Virus record (IMG/VR): IMGVR_UViG_3300043436_004687
Span: 124,001 to 188,000 of that record
Length of the DNA: 64,000 bases
Reading direction: 5' to 3' (one strand)
Part shown: positions 19,273-29,431 of the stretch, piece after piece
Layout of the letters: every line of letters starts with the position of its first letter
Position numbering within the stretch: the stretch's first letter is position 1
The notes under the pieces: generated by a model
What the model was told of the DNA's origin: nothing
The model's database searches: none
Seen by the model: the letters and a program-made list of their open reading frames with translations, nothing else
Translations under genes and position numbers: made by a program

Positions 19273-21087
19273 TTATTTAACCCTAACTTTTATATCTTTA
19301 TTAACATTTAAAATTTCAAACATTGAATTTGAAACTCCGAATAATGTATACTCACCCAACAAATCAATTTGTTTAGTATTAACATCCAAATAAGGTTGGG
19401 AGATTTCATTCATCGAATAAATACCGCCACCAACTTTATTAAAAACTCTAAGATCAATAACATTTAAAACACCAGGCACATTATTAATTATTTCTAACAA
19501 TTGACTAAGATAAATATTAACACCCATTTCTTGATTATTAATATCAAAATAGTCACCAACTTTACTAATTATAGAACCTATAACATCGTTACTGGAGAAC
19601 TCTTTATCTATAAAAACATCAATCTCTAAACCAATGTTAATTATTCTACCATTAATAACTTCAACATAATCATTTAACATTCTATAATCAGAAAGATATG
19701 TGGCAATATTTTCTTTCAATGTATTTGTTGAATAATTAGTTAATTTAGATTCATTATTAAGACCCAATATAGAAACAATTATTTTATTTTGCTGCTCATG
19801 AACTTTACATCTAAATGGAACACCAAATTGTCCAGGCATTTTAGTTATTATTGCCTCATAATCTTTTATAGTAACAGCCCTATTTTGACTAGAAAAATTA
19901 TACTTTATTAAATTTTTTATCTCATTAACACTAAGAGAATCTTTACCACCAATAGCTGGTATTGGATTATTAATTTTCAAAGAGTTCCTAACTGCTAAAT
20001 TTATAGTTTGATTAGAACCATTTATTAACATATCCATAACGTTTATCGTTGAAATAACATTAGACCCTAAATTACTTGAAACGCCACCACCAACTCTATA
20101 TTTAATAAAAATAGTTTCATTTATTTTTGGTGATTCACCTAAAGAATAATTATTAACAAAATTACCAATTGAATTGATAAGTTGAGAAGAATTAAAATCA
20201 TTTAAATAAGAAGTATCTTGGAAGCCACCACCGAATATTATTTTTTTAAAACCATTGTTGGTGAATTCGCTGATAAATTTTTTATTAACTCTAACCCATT
20301 TACCACCCTTAACACCAGAATTATCAGAAATGGAATTACTATCTTCAATGAAAATTTTATCCTCAGCTAATGAATCCATTTCAAACCACCTATTATCAAA
20401 ATTATTGAATACATCACTTGTTGGGTTAGAATTAAAGTCAGTACCTTCTAATGAAATAATATTTGAAATTGATAATACATCACTATCTGGTAAAATTACC
20501 TCTAAAAATGGTAATTTATCATTATTGGTCACTATTTTTTTAAATATTTTAGTAACACCATTGATAACAAACTCTCTTTTAGTAATAGTATAATTTATTA
20601 AATTATTATTAGAATCTAAATTAGGTATTATTAATCTATTAGGTAAACCACCAGTTGTAAATGGGGATGAAAAATCAATATCATCAACACTTTCAAAAAC
20701 TTTACCACCGCCACTAACTTGAACACCGCTTTTTATTATTGGACAATAACTGATATCGAAAGAATCCCCTAATACTGGTACAATAACAGAGAAATCTACT
20801 ATCGTTATTGAAGGTCTTTTATTTGGTAATTTTAAACCAAAGGTTCTAGCAATATTTAAAACAGAATTTCTTTCTTGTGCAAAATCTATTTGAGTTTCTT
20901 GATAAGCTCTATCAGTATTAAACGATAATACATCGGTAATACCAGCATTTAAGTCAATAAGCATACTGGCTATACTTGCATCATTAAAATCATTTAATAA
21001 TGTTGGGTAATATTGGCGAACAAAATTTATTAAATCAGTTCTAGTTTCTAAAAAACCTTTGTTAGAATATTTTAATTTTTTTATCAT
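19273..21087 (-). CDS. baseplate wedge subunit (T4 gp6-like)
   Basis: NDFNDASIASMLID, YRVGGGVSSN, GGKD..EIK, SQNRAVTIKDY motifs. Confidence 0.85.
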   Translation of the reverse strand: MIKKLKYSNKGFLETRTDLINFVRQYYPTLLNDFNDASIASMLIDLNAGITDVLSFNTDRAYQETQIDFAQERNSVLNIARTFGLKLPNKRPSITIVDFSVIVPVLGDSFDISYCPIIKSGVQVSGGGKVFESVDDIDFSSPFTTGGLPNRLIIPNLDSNNNLINYTITKREFVINGVTKIFKKIVTNNDKLPFLEVILPDSDVLSISNIISLEGTDFNSNPTSDVFNNFDNRWFEMDSLAEDKIFIEDSNSISDNSGVKGGKWVRVNKKFISEFTNNGFKKIIFGGGFQDTSYLNDFNSSQLINSIGNFVNNYSLGESPKINETIFIKYRVGGGVSSNLGSNVISTINVMDMLINGSNQTINLAVRNSLKINNPIPAIGGKDSLSVNEIKNLIKYNFSSQNRAVTIKDYEAIITKMPGQFGVPFRCKVHEQQNKIIVSILGLNNESKLTNYSTNTLKENIATYLSDYRMLNDYVEVINGRIINIGLEIDVFIDKEFSSNDVIGSIISKVGDYFDINNQEMGVNIYLSQLLEIINNVPGVLNVIDLRVFNKVGGGIYSMNEISQPYLDVNTKQIDLLGEYTLFGVSNSMFEILNVNKDIKVRVK

Positions 21088-21467
21088 TATATTTTAATAA
21101 TTAAACTATCTTTATTTTCAAAAATATCATCAGTAATAACATACTCTAATTTAACAATTGCAGTATAATCTTCCTCTTCGGAAGCTTCAACCAATATATT
21201 ATTTACCTTTAAATTAGGAATGAATTTAGTAAGTGATGTGACAACTTCATTTCTAATTTCTTCATAAGAAATTGAATCACTTTGTTCAAAAATATAATTT
21301 CTTAAATTAGTCCCAAAATCTGGTAAATAATAACGTTCACCCTTATTTGTTAAAATAATATGCATTATATCAGCTTTAATAGCCTCAGCACTTGTTTTAT
21401 TCAAATTTAAAAAATCACCAGTTGGACTATTTTTAAATGGGAAATCAATATTGATATTTTTAAGCAT
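21087..21467 (-). CDS. baseplate wedge / sheath initiator (T4 gp25-like)
   Basis: ILTNKGERYYLPDFGTNL motif. Confidence 0.85.
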   Translation of the reverse strand: MLKNINIDFPFKNSPTGDFLNLNKTSAEAIKADIMHIILTNKGERYYLPDFGTNLRNYIFEQSDSISYEEIRNEVVTSLTKFIPNLKVNNILVEASEEEDYTAIVKLEYVITDDIFENKDSLIIKI

Positions 21468-21530
21468 TATTCTTTTAATTATAAATAGAATATAACTATT
21501 TTTTTATAATTTTAAATGCTTATAAAAATA

Positions 21531-21558
21531 AAAAAGAGAGGTGTTTACCTCTCTTTTT
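21531..21558 (-). terminator. intrinsic terminator after nrdA-C
   Basis: AAAAAGAGAGGT-GTTT-ACCTCTCTTTTT perfect hairpin. Confidence 0.85.
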
Positions 21559-21559
21559 G

Positions 21560-22648
21560 TTAAGTTGAACAACCGAAACAATCAAATTGACTGTCTTTAG
21601 GTTTTTCAATTGTTTTATTATCTAACACACCTAGTTTATTATTAGATTCTAATTTTGATTTAGTTCTAGTATAATAAACACCCGTTTTTAAACCACCTTT
21701 CCAAGCATACATTAAAGCACTTGATATCTTAATATATTTTGCATCGGAATGATACATATTTAAAGATTGAGATTGATCTATAAATTTATTTCTAATTATG
21801 GCTAATTCTAATAAAGTTTTTTGAGATATTTCCCAAACATCTTTATATCTAAATCTAATATCTTCAGGAATTTCTAAAATATTTTGAACACTACCCTTAT
21901 TTTTTAAGAATTTATCTTTAATATCTTGATTCCATAAACCTAAATCAATAAGTTCTTTAACTAAATATTTATTTATCACTAAAAATTCACCTTGACCAAC
22001 TCTTCTGGTAAACATATTTGAAGTTGGTGGTTCAAAAGATTCGAAAACACCTAACAAAATAGCGCTTGAAGCTGTTGGCATATTACCGAGGAATAAACTA
22101 TTAACGAGTCTTATAGGTAAACCATCTTTAATTGGTGACCATCCATTTATATAGGTTTCACCTCTTTCATATTTACTACCACCCCAGGCTGGATATACTT
22201 TATTAAATTTCTCAGCTAATCTATTAGATTCTGAAACAGCTGCTTTATACATAATTTCAGAAATCTGACTATTCCATTGTTTTGCTTCATCAGATTCAAA
22301 AGATATTTTTTTCTTAGCAAAAAAATCGGCCATACCAGCTACGCCAATGGCTATAGCCCTTTGATCTTCACCAGCATTTTTACTCCATTCATCACTCCAT
22401 TTATTTTTATCAATAACTTTATTTAAAGCTTTAGTTAATATTCTAGTACTATTTTCAATACTATCTAATGTGGAATGGTTTGCTAAATTTATTGAACCTA
22501 AACAACATTGTGGTGTGTATCGAGGCTTTGAAGCTTGCATAATTTCACAATTATGAACTAAAACATTATTAGCATAAAAGTTATTAGTATTAGCTACTTG
22601 GATGTCATATACATCCATTTTTTTATTTATTTTATTAATTTTAATCAT
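21560..22648 (-). CDS. nrdA: ribonucleotide reductase alpha subunit, C-terminal fragment, led by split-intein C part
   Basis: After VLVHN comes CEIMQ; CCLGSINL, MPTASSA, DQSQS, GLKTGVYY, terminal CFGCST. Confidence 0.92.
   Translation of the reverse strand: MIKINKINKKMDVYDIQVANTNNFYANNVLVHNCEIMQASKPRYTPQCCLGSINLANHSTLDSIENSTRILTKALNKVIDKNKWSDEWSKNAGEDQRAIAIGVAGMADFFAKKKISFESDEAKQWNSQISEIMYKAAVSESNRLAEKFNKVYPAWGGSKYERGETYINGWSPIKDGLPIRLVNSLFLGNMPTASSAILLGVFESFEPPTSNMFTRRVGQGEFLVINKYLVKELIDLGLWNQDIKDKFLKNKGSVQNILEIPEDIRFRYKDVWEISQKTLLELAIIRNKFIDQSQSLNMYHSDAKYIKISSALMYAWKGGLKTGVYYTRTKSKLESNNKLGVLDNKTIEKPKDSQFDCFGCST
22550..22648 (-). mobile_element. split intein, C part (33 aa)
   Basis: MIKINKINKKMDVYDIQVANTNNFYANNVLVHN|C: block F and terminal His-Asn followed by Cys+1. 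Confidence 0.92.
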
Positions 22649-22656
22649 ATTTATTT

Positions 22657-23856
22657 TTAATAGTTAACATATTCAAATTTAAATCCTTTGTAGGTTTTAT
22701 TTCTTCCTTTACATACAGCTAACACAGATGTTATTTTACCATCTATATATTCAGCAGCTAATTTTAATGAATCAAATACAAGTTCATTATCATCTTTATC
22801 AATTCTTTTGACTTTTCTTTGGTTATTACCAATTTTAATATCAAATGTGTAATCTTTATCTTCCCATCTAAAAATTTTGGTCTTCTGATTATTGTTTTTA
22901 CATTTTCGCCTAATAACTGTTGAATTAAATCCAGTGGCTTCACTGGCATCAAAAACATTATTAAAAAAAAATTCATTTTCACTACTAATACATTCCTTAT
23001 AGTAAACACCTTTAGTTATTCTAACAAGACCATTTTCATTTTTTTTAAAACCTTTAGGTGAATCATTTACTGGTTTAACATAATCAGGTCTTTTAGTTTT
23101 AACTAACACTAATTCAGTATTAAGATATTTAAAAAAATAACCATTATAACTACCACCATATAAAATACATCTATACACAAGGCTTTTAGTTTTAATATTG
23201 TATTTTTTAATTAAATCAATTATATTTAAAATATCAATTTCTTCTAAAGTTTTAGCATCAATAACAACTATTTTATTCATTGGTCTAATTTTAGCGTTTT
23301 CTTTCATTTTATTTATAGTTTCTTTACTAGCTTTTCTACCTTTATTCCAATGAACCCCATTTAATTTAGATAAATAAGATGGGTTATTTATTAACGGTCT
23401 ACCATACATTGGGTTATTTACCCCAATAGTATTAAATTTATGTTTTTCTCTAATTTCTTCTTTTCTAGGATTATTACTGAATGTGTCACCTCCAGAACCA
23501 CCTATAACTATATTAGTTAATATACCAGAATCAGAATATCTACCATAGTAATTAATTAATTCTTTTTCAACTCTAAAAGCATTTTCTTCATTATCAGTTT
23601 CAAATACAATACTAAAATTTGGTTTAAAACCTAATATTATTAATTTTTTAATAATATTAGTTTTATGTGGATTACTTTTAGATCTTTTATTATTTAAAAT
23701 TGTATCTGAATAATGAGTTAAATGTCTCTGATTTTTATTTTTAGCTTCATAATCACCCTTACCAACATAAAAAGGTTTATAACTTATTTTAGAATAATTA
23801 TTACTATAATTACCTTCTACTCTATCATCTAATAAAATGTATACATAATATCTCAT
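22657..23856 (-). CDS. free-standing GIY-YIG-family homing endonuclease with NUMOD-type DNA-binding repeats (start revised to MRYYVY)
   Basis: YYVYILLDDR...PFYVGKG...R...AFRVEKELI...LTN; NNPMYGR (NUMOD3-like); C-terminal FDSLKLAAEYI...VCKGRNKTYKGFKF (NUMOD1-like). Confidence 0.8.
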   Translation of the reverse strand: MRYYVYILLDDRVEGNYSNNYSKISYKPFYVGKGDYEAKNKNQRHLTHYSDTILNNKRSKSNPHKTNIIKKLIILGFKPNFSIVFETDNEENAFRVEKELINYYGRYSDSGILTNIVIGGSGGDTFSNNPRKEEIREKHKFNTIGVNNPMYGRPLINNPSYLSKLNGVHWNKGRKASKETINKMKENAKIRPMNKIVVIDAKTLEEIDILNIIDLIKKYNIKTKSLVYRCILYGGSYNGYFFKYLNTELVLVKTKRPDYVKPVNDSPKGFKKNENGLVRITKGVYYKECISSENEFFFNNVFDASEATGFNSTVIRRKCKNNNQKTKIFRWEDKDYTFDIKIGNNQRKVKRIDKDDNELVFDSLKLAAEYIDGKITSVLAVCKGRNKTYKGFKFEYVNY

Positions 23857-23859
23857 ATT

Positions 23860-23910
23860 AATAAATATGCAGTACATAGTATAAAATACACAACACACTG
23901 CATATTTATT
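23860..23910 (-). promoter_or_regulatory. 14-bp hairpin over the endonuclease initiation region
   Basis: AATAAATATGCAGT (23860-23873) / ACTGCATATTTATT (23897-23910) perfect inverted repeat ending 3 nt before the ATG. Confidence 0.65.
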
Positions 23911-23913
23911 TTT

Positions 23914-25386
23914 TTAATTAAAATTTACATCTAATTCATCATCCTCAAGTAACTCACAAGCCATGACATAACCTCTATTTTTAGTAAATATTCTATGGTC
24001 AGGTGTACAAATTAATTTAATACCTTTTTTATCATCAATTATTTCAAGTACTTCAGCGTTTTCTTTTGTTTTAATAGCAGCTAATATTGGTTGAAACGTA
24101 TTATTTTGACTCAAAACTTGTAAATTATTATCTTTAAACCTACCAACAATATTTTCCATACTTACTTTTTCAATACCACCATTTTCATTCATTATCGTTA
24201 TATTAGTTTCACCACCTAAACAACAAAGATTTGATTGTGATATTGTCCCAATATTATCTTGCATATTAATTCTATTAGCGTTATCTTTAAACATAACGTA
24301 AGGTTTACCACTTTCAACTTGTGATTTTATAATAGCATCTAAAATATCTTTTGGGTTAACTTTTTTACCTAAACCTAAATCCACTGCTTTTTGATATTCA
24401 ACTTCAAACTCATCACCCCATATAGTATGGAATGGTTTTAACCCATTTTTAATAATATCATTAGGACAAAACAAATACCAATCCTTACCTTGCTCAAGAT
24501 TTTTCATGAATAAATCATTAACAATGGCAGCTGTAAATAAATCTCTAGTCCTCATTTGTTCATCACCAACAGGTAAAGTTAATTCTAAGAAATCAAATAT
24601 ATCTCTATGCCAAACACTTAAATATAATGCACAACTACCAGATCTATCACCTTGCTTATAAAATCTCATTTTAGATTGTACCATATCAGCTAATCTAACA
24701 ATACCACCAGCATTATTGTTAAAAGATGAAACCATACTTTCTTTACTTCTAAGAGGATCAATAAGTAAACCAATACCAGAACCTTCTTTAGAACCAAAAG
24801 CTATTTTTGTTAGTGTATTTTCTATCTCATCTATACTATCACCTTCTAACATCGTTAGATTACAACTAATCATACCATTTCTACTATCTATACCAGCGTT
24901 AGTATACGTAGGAGTTGCAAAATTAATTTTTTTACTTTCTAACTCATTTAATAATTCATTTTTATCTTCATAATTATCCTCATATAAAAAAGAAGAAACT
25001 CTATTATACATGCATGAAGGTAATTCTATAGGTGTTTTTTTATTTTCTTTTTTAGAATACTTACTTAAAAAAGTAGTTGCAGCAAAAAAATCATAAGTTA
25101 AATCAACATCTTTTAATGGTTTATTAATCAATTTTGATTGTCTACTTAAAAGTATTCTACCACCTAATAAAGAATAATCTGGATGGTCTAATATTTTATC
25201 AGCAGATTTAAAAGCAATTATTTCATCAATTTCAGTTGTTGAAATCTCATCCGAAATTAAAGGAATTACTTCCTGAAATAATAAATCAGAATCTATTTGT
25301 AAACCTTTAGCTTGATCTTTAATTCTAGTTAAAAGTTTGTTTGGCATAAATGGTTGTAAAACACCACTTCTTTTTTTTATTTTCAT
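23914..25386 (-). CDS. nrdA: ribonucleotide reductase alpha subunit, N-terminal fragment, ending in split-intein N part
   Basis: ATP cone MKIKKRSG; ATPTYTNAG, MISC, GSGIG, QGDRSGS, ESGKPY, SQSNLC. Confidence 0.92.
   Translation of the reverse strand: MKIKKRSGVLQPFMPNKLLTRIKDQAKGLQIDSDLLFQEVIPLISDEISTTEIDEIIAFKSADKILDHPDYSLLGGRILLSRQSKLINKPLKDVDLTYDFFAATTFLSKYSKKENKKTPIELPSCMYNRVSSFLYEDNYEDKNELLNELESKKINFATPTYTNAGIDSRNGMISCNLTMLEGDSIDEIENTLTKIAFGSKEGSGIGLLIDPLRSKESMVSSFNNNAGGIVRLADMVQSKMRFYKQGDRSGSCALYLSVWHRDIFDFLELTLPVGDEQMRTRDLFTAAIVNDLFMKNLEQGKDWYLFCPNDIIKNGLKPFHTIWGDEFEVEYQKAVDLGLGKKVNPKDILDAIIKSQVESGKPYVMFKDNANRINMQDNIGTISQSNLCCLGGETNITIMNENGGIEKVSMENIVGRFKDNNLQVLSQNNTFQPILAAIKTKENAEVLEIIDDKKGIKLICTPDHRIFTKNRGYVMACELLEDDELDVNFN
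23917..24222 (-). mobile_element. split intein, N part (102 aa)
   Basis: CLGGETNI (block A) ... LICTPDHRIFT (block B TxxH) ... ELLEDDEL, then stop. Confidence 0.92.
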
Positions 25387-25389
25387 ATA

Positions 25390-26343
25390 TTAAAAATCTG
25401 AATCATATAAACCTTCGTTAGTTGTTGGTATTTCCAACCTTGTGTATTCACCATCCCTTTTCTCAAAGAAATTATTTTTAGCTGATAAGCCAATCCTACT
25501 CATATAATCTAATGAGTTATTTACATTAAATGATTTATCACAACCAAAATCACTTAACACAATATCAGTAACATATTGAACATATTGAACCATCATATTT
25601 TTTGTTAAACCTTGTAAACCATCTGGTAAACTTTCTTCAATGAAAATCTTTTCAGTTTCATAACATTCCATGATAATATTTGAAATCTCACTCTTACTTA
25701 TTTTATATTCGTCTTTAACATAATTCTTATATAAATTCAAAGCAAATTCATAATGAGCTGTTTCATCTTTTAAAATTAATTCATTCATACCACCTAAACC
25801 AGGCATTTTATTTCTACTTCTAAACCAAAAAACACCAGAAAAAACTGAACTGAAACTAATTCCCTCAACACAAGCAAAAGCAATCAATCTATGAGAAAAA
25901 GATGGGTGTTCTATCCACTTCTCAGCCCATGTAGCTTTCTTAAAAACAGCTGGGTTAGTTTCCATGGAATTGAATAATTGTTCCTTTTCAATGTTATTTT
26001 TGATGTAAGTATCAATTAATAATGAATATCCATTAGCATGAACTTGCTCAATAAATGTTTGGTGACCGTAGAAGTATTGAGCTTCTAATATGTCAACTTC
26101 ATTTAGAAAATTGGTTGCTATATTATCAATAACTAAACCATCTGAAATAGCAAAAAAGGCTAAAATATTTTTTAAATATTCTTTTTCATTATCTTTTAAA
26201 TCGTTGAATTGATCTTTACTAAGATCGATTTCTTCGGCCACCCACGTTTGGGATTCAGCTTTTTTATACATTTCCCACAAATCACCATGAGTAATTGGGA
26301 AAATAGAATATCTTTTTTTTACGTCTTTATTTTTTAAATACAT
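25390..26343 (-). CDS. nrdB: ribonucleotide reductase beta subunit (class Ia)
   Basis: WVAEEIDLSKD, FFAISDG, EQVHANGY, VEGISFS, DETAH, NFFE motifs. Confidence 0.93.
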   Translation of the reverse strand: MYLKNKDVKKRYSIFPITHGDLWEMYKKAESQTWVAEEIDLSKDQFNDLKDNEKEYLKNILAFFAISDGLVIDNIATNFLNEVDILEAQYFYGHQTFIEQVHANGYSLLIDTYIKNNIEKEQLFNSMETNPAVFKKATWAEKWIEHPSFSHRLIAFACVEGISFSSVFSGVFWFRSRNKMPGLGGMNELILKDETAHYEFALNLYKNYVKDEYKISKSEISNIIMECYETEKIFIEESLPDGLQGLTKNMMVQYVQYVTDIVLSDFGCDKSFNVNNSLDYMSRIGLSAKNNFFEKRDGEYTRLEIPTTNEGLYDSDF

Positions 26344-26346
26344 TAT

Positions 26347-27741
26347 TTAACTATTTAGTCTTTTTAAAGCTTGGGCTTTCTCCAATGCCATTTTAATTCT
26401 TTCTTGATTTTTAATTTCTTTTTCTTCTTTAGTCTGAAGAAAACTTTTACCACCATTTTGATCGGTAACCACTATATCCATTGTAGCATTATTAAATATA
26501 CAATCTTCCAACACAATACCATCATCACCAAACCTAGATTTTAATATTGCTAATGTGGCCAATTTCAAAGCTTTTTGTTCAAATGATCTAGCAATAGACA
26601 TTAAAAAATGCCCGATTTGACCTTTTTTAATAGACCCACCCATTTGATCAGAATCAACCACAACACTTTTTATACTTCCACGATTACCTTGAATTGCAGT
26701 CCAACCAGCTAAATCTAATTCATTTAACATAGTTTCAAATTGCCTCATTACATTACCCTCACCTACATTTACATCATCAACTTTTTTACTTGGTTCAACA
26801 CAATCAATATAGTCTAATAAAATTAAATCTGGATTAAACCCACTAGAAATTAATTTTCTAACATAATTTCTAATTATTGGTATGGTTGTACCATCAGATG
26901 GAAATCTTTTTAAATGTAATTTACCTCCAGAGTTACTTTTTTCTTCAATTAAATTTACTAACTCTTCTTTATGATTAGATAAATCATTTAATTCTATTCC
27001 AGACCAACAAGAATAATGCTTTCTTTTAATAATGTCTACTTTATCCTCAAAAAATATTTGTATTACATTATAACCAAGATTTTTTGCCGAATTGGCTATT
27101 TTAGTAATAATAGTGGTTTTACCCACACCAAAAGGAGCTAAAATAATACCTAACTCCCCTTTTGACAAACCACCATTCATAATTTCATCTAAACCTATAA
27201 TACCAGTAGGTATTGGTTTTCTAAAATCGTCAGCTAAAGCCTTCTCAACCCCGACACATACATCCTCACCATCATCTTTATTATTGCCAATGGATAAAGA
27301 TTTCTGCAAAATTTCGTGACAATCATCATAAGCATTTAAATCACCCTTTTCAACTATATTTTGCATTAAAGCAAGACTTTTTTTCAATTCTTGTTGTTTG
27401 CAAAACTTCATTGCAGTTTCTTGAACCCAAATAGTGTCATTTAAATTAACATCTTTAATTAAGTTTAATTGTGTAATTAAAAATTCTTTAGTATACACAT
27501 TATCACAACTAAGCATTAATCTAGCTTGTAAACTATCAATATCAGGTATGACTTGATGAACTTCAAAAGCATCTTTTATTTCCCTAACTATTAATCTCAA
27601 TTTTTCATCAGAAAAATAATTAGGGTTAATAATATCCATTATATTGTTAGCAAACTTTCTATCAGTTAAAAATTGTGCTATAAGTCTTATTTCATAATCT
27701 AAACCTAAAAAACCAAGATTTTGTTTATCTATTTTAGACAT
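26347..27741 (-). CDS. replicative DnaB-like helicase (T4 gp41-like)
   Basis: PTGIIGLD, Walker A APFGVGKTT, LLDYID, WTAIQGNR, LKSRFG. Confidence 0.88.
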   Translation of the reverse strand: MSKIDKQNLGFLGLDYEIRLIAQFLTDRKFANNIMDIINPNYFSDEKLRLIVREIKDAFEVHQVIPDIDSLQARLMLSCDNVYTKEFLITQLNLIKDVNLNDTIWVQETAMKFCKQQELKKSLALMQNIVEKGDLNAYDDCHEILQKSLSIGNNKDDGEDVCVGVEKALADDFRKPIPTGIIGLDEIMNGGLSKGELGIILAPFGVGKTTIITKIANSAKNLGYNVIQIFFEDKVDIIKRKHYSCWSGIELNDLSNHKEELVNLIEEKSNSGGKLHLKRFPSDGTTIPIIRNYVRKLISSGFNPDLILLDYIDCVEPSKKVDDVNVGEGNVMRQFETMLNELDLAGWTAIQGNRGSIKSVVVDSDQMGGSIKKGQIGHFLMSIARSFEQKALKLATLAILKSRFGDDGIVLEDCIFNNATMDIVVTDQNGGKSFLQTKEEKEIKNQERIKMALEKAQALKRLNS

Positions 27742-27783
27742 TTATACCTCCTTTTATTAATTAAATTCATAAATAATAAAAAT

Positions 27784-28323
27784 TTAATATTTTACATTCT
27801 CACCTAAAAAAATATTATGTCTTTTTAGTTTAACACTACCATAATTTTTAGTATAATTTTTCTTACTCAAATAATACCTAATTTCAGATAAAATTTCTGG
27901 AACCAATTCTAATATATTGATATCCCATCTAGCTGAAGGTGAAAAATTATTACCATCAAAATAAGAAGTGGCTAATGTTTCACCATCAACTCTAACTTCA
28001 AATTTAAACGAATTTTGTTTTTGGGTATTATTATATAAAACATCTTCTTGAGTTTGATTAATATATGGCCTATAGTTTAACCAAGAATCTTCTATTGAAC
28101 GTTTTTTTAAAAATGTTGGAATTATACCCATTGTTCCAATGGAATTTAAATTCATACCAGCGATACTATCCATCATTGTTTTTATTTCTAAAGACTCTCT
28201 GGATTTATCATTATAATCCCTAACATCGAATGCTCTTTTACAAATAAGATGTTTTTCATTTATAAAAAATAAAAACTCAAATCTTTCTTCACCACTTTGA
28301 TAACCCTTATAATTTTTATTCAT
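27784..28323 (-). CDS. hypothetical protein
   Basis: 179-aa ORF overlapping the exonuclease stop. Confidence 0.65.
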   Translation of the reverse strand: MNKNYKGYQSGEERFEFLFFINEKHLICKRAFDVRDYNDKSRESLEIKTMMDSIAGMNLNSIGTMGIIPTFLKKRSIEDSWLNYRPYINQTQEDVLYNNTQKQNSFKFEVRVDGETLATSYFDGNNFSPSARWDINILELVPEILSEIRYYLSKKNYTKNYGSVKLKRHNIFLGENVKY

Positions 28324-29392
28324 TGTTTTTTTGTTCTAATTTATTAAATATTTTTTTTTCTCTTTCCATTAATTTTTTAAAAGGTAATAAATAATCTTCC
28401 GAATAATTAATAACCCTTACATCAATACCATCCCTCTTCATTAAAGAGTAAGCATTTTTCATACTTCTATTTTCTGGATTTATTGGTAAAGAAATTAATT
28501 CATTTATGGCTTCAATACCTGATTTTGTTATCAATGGATTTTTTAAATCTACAAGTTGTTTATTTATTTTATAAAAATCCTTACCTTGGATTCCTTCTGT
28601 GACACCATTTATTAAATTATTTAAAGCTAATAATGGTTTTTGTTTTTTTATACTTCTATCTTCTTGAATGAATTTAGCTTTATTAATTAACCTTTCTATA
28701 GAATATTCTTCATTTATTAATTCTGGAAATTGTTTCAATAAAGTTTCTTCACCAACCCCTTTAATTCCTTTAATATTATCAGAGGTGTCACCAGAAATTA
28801 TTTTAATTAAAGCAGCGTTTTTTTGATGATGTTTAAAATGTTCCTTATAATTTTCTATGTTTACATACACTTTTTTATCTAAGAAATATATTTGAACCCT
28901 ATCGGAAATCAATTGACACATATCCCTATCTCCAGTGCAAATAGTTATATTTTCATTTGAATCACTACTAAGACAATAATAAGCAATGAAATCATCACCC
29001 TCAACAATATCATCTTCCAATTGTCTAACAAATAATTCCTCTAAATATTCTTGAATAATTATCTTTTGGATTAATTTTTCTGGATCATCTGGAATAGTAC
29101 CATTAATATAATCTTTGTTTCTATTTGCTTTGTAATCACTGTAAATTTCGTATCTTAATTTACCACTAAATTTACCATCCCAAAAAACAAAAACTCTATT
29201 ATATAGATTTTCATTTATTAATTTTCTAAGTGTAGTTAAAAATTGAAACACACCACCTATCTTTTCACCCTTATAATTATACATATCTTTTGTGGGTGAA
29301 TAACTATTCATAAATAAAGCATTTCCATCTACAAGTAAAGTAGATATTGGTTCTTTATAATTACCACCTTTTGGTGGGCTTCTATTAATCAT
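28316..29392 (-). CDS. 5'-3' exonuclease / flap endonuclease (T4 RNase H-like)
   Basis: LLVDGN, YKANR, EGDDFIA, TGDRDMCQL, GDTSDNIKGIKGVG. Confidence 0.9.
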   Translation of the reverse strand: MINRSPPKGGNYKEPISTLLVDGNALFMNSYSPTKDMYNYKGEKIGGVFQFLTTLRKLINENLYNRVFVFWDGKFSGKLRYEIYSDYKANRNKDYINGTIPDDPEKLIQKIIIQEYLEELFVRQLEDDIVEGDDFIAYYCLSSDSNENITICTGDRDMCQLISDRVQIYFLDKKVYVNIENYKEHFKHHQKNAALIKIISGDTSDNIKGIKGVGEETLLKQFPELINEEYSIERLINKAKFIQEDRSIKKQKPLLALNNLINGVTEGIQGKDFYKINKQLVDLKNPLITKSGIEAINELISLPINPENRSMKNAYSLMKRDGIDVRVINYSEDYLLPFKKLMEREKKIFNKLEQKNNE

Positions 29393-29431
29393 TTTTTAAT
29401 GATTTAAAAGGTTAATATTTATTTTTTTTAA

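Noticed and set aside
22649-23913. Group I intron in nrdA
   Set aside because: The interval is almost entirely the endonuclease ORF, with no room for a ribozyme core; both halves carry intein motifs with their own stop and start.
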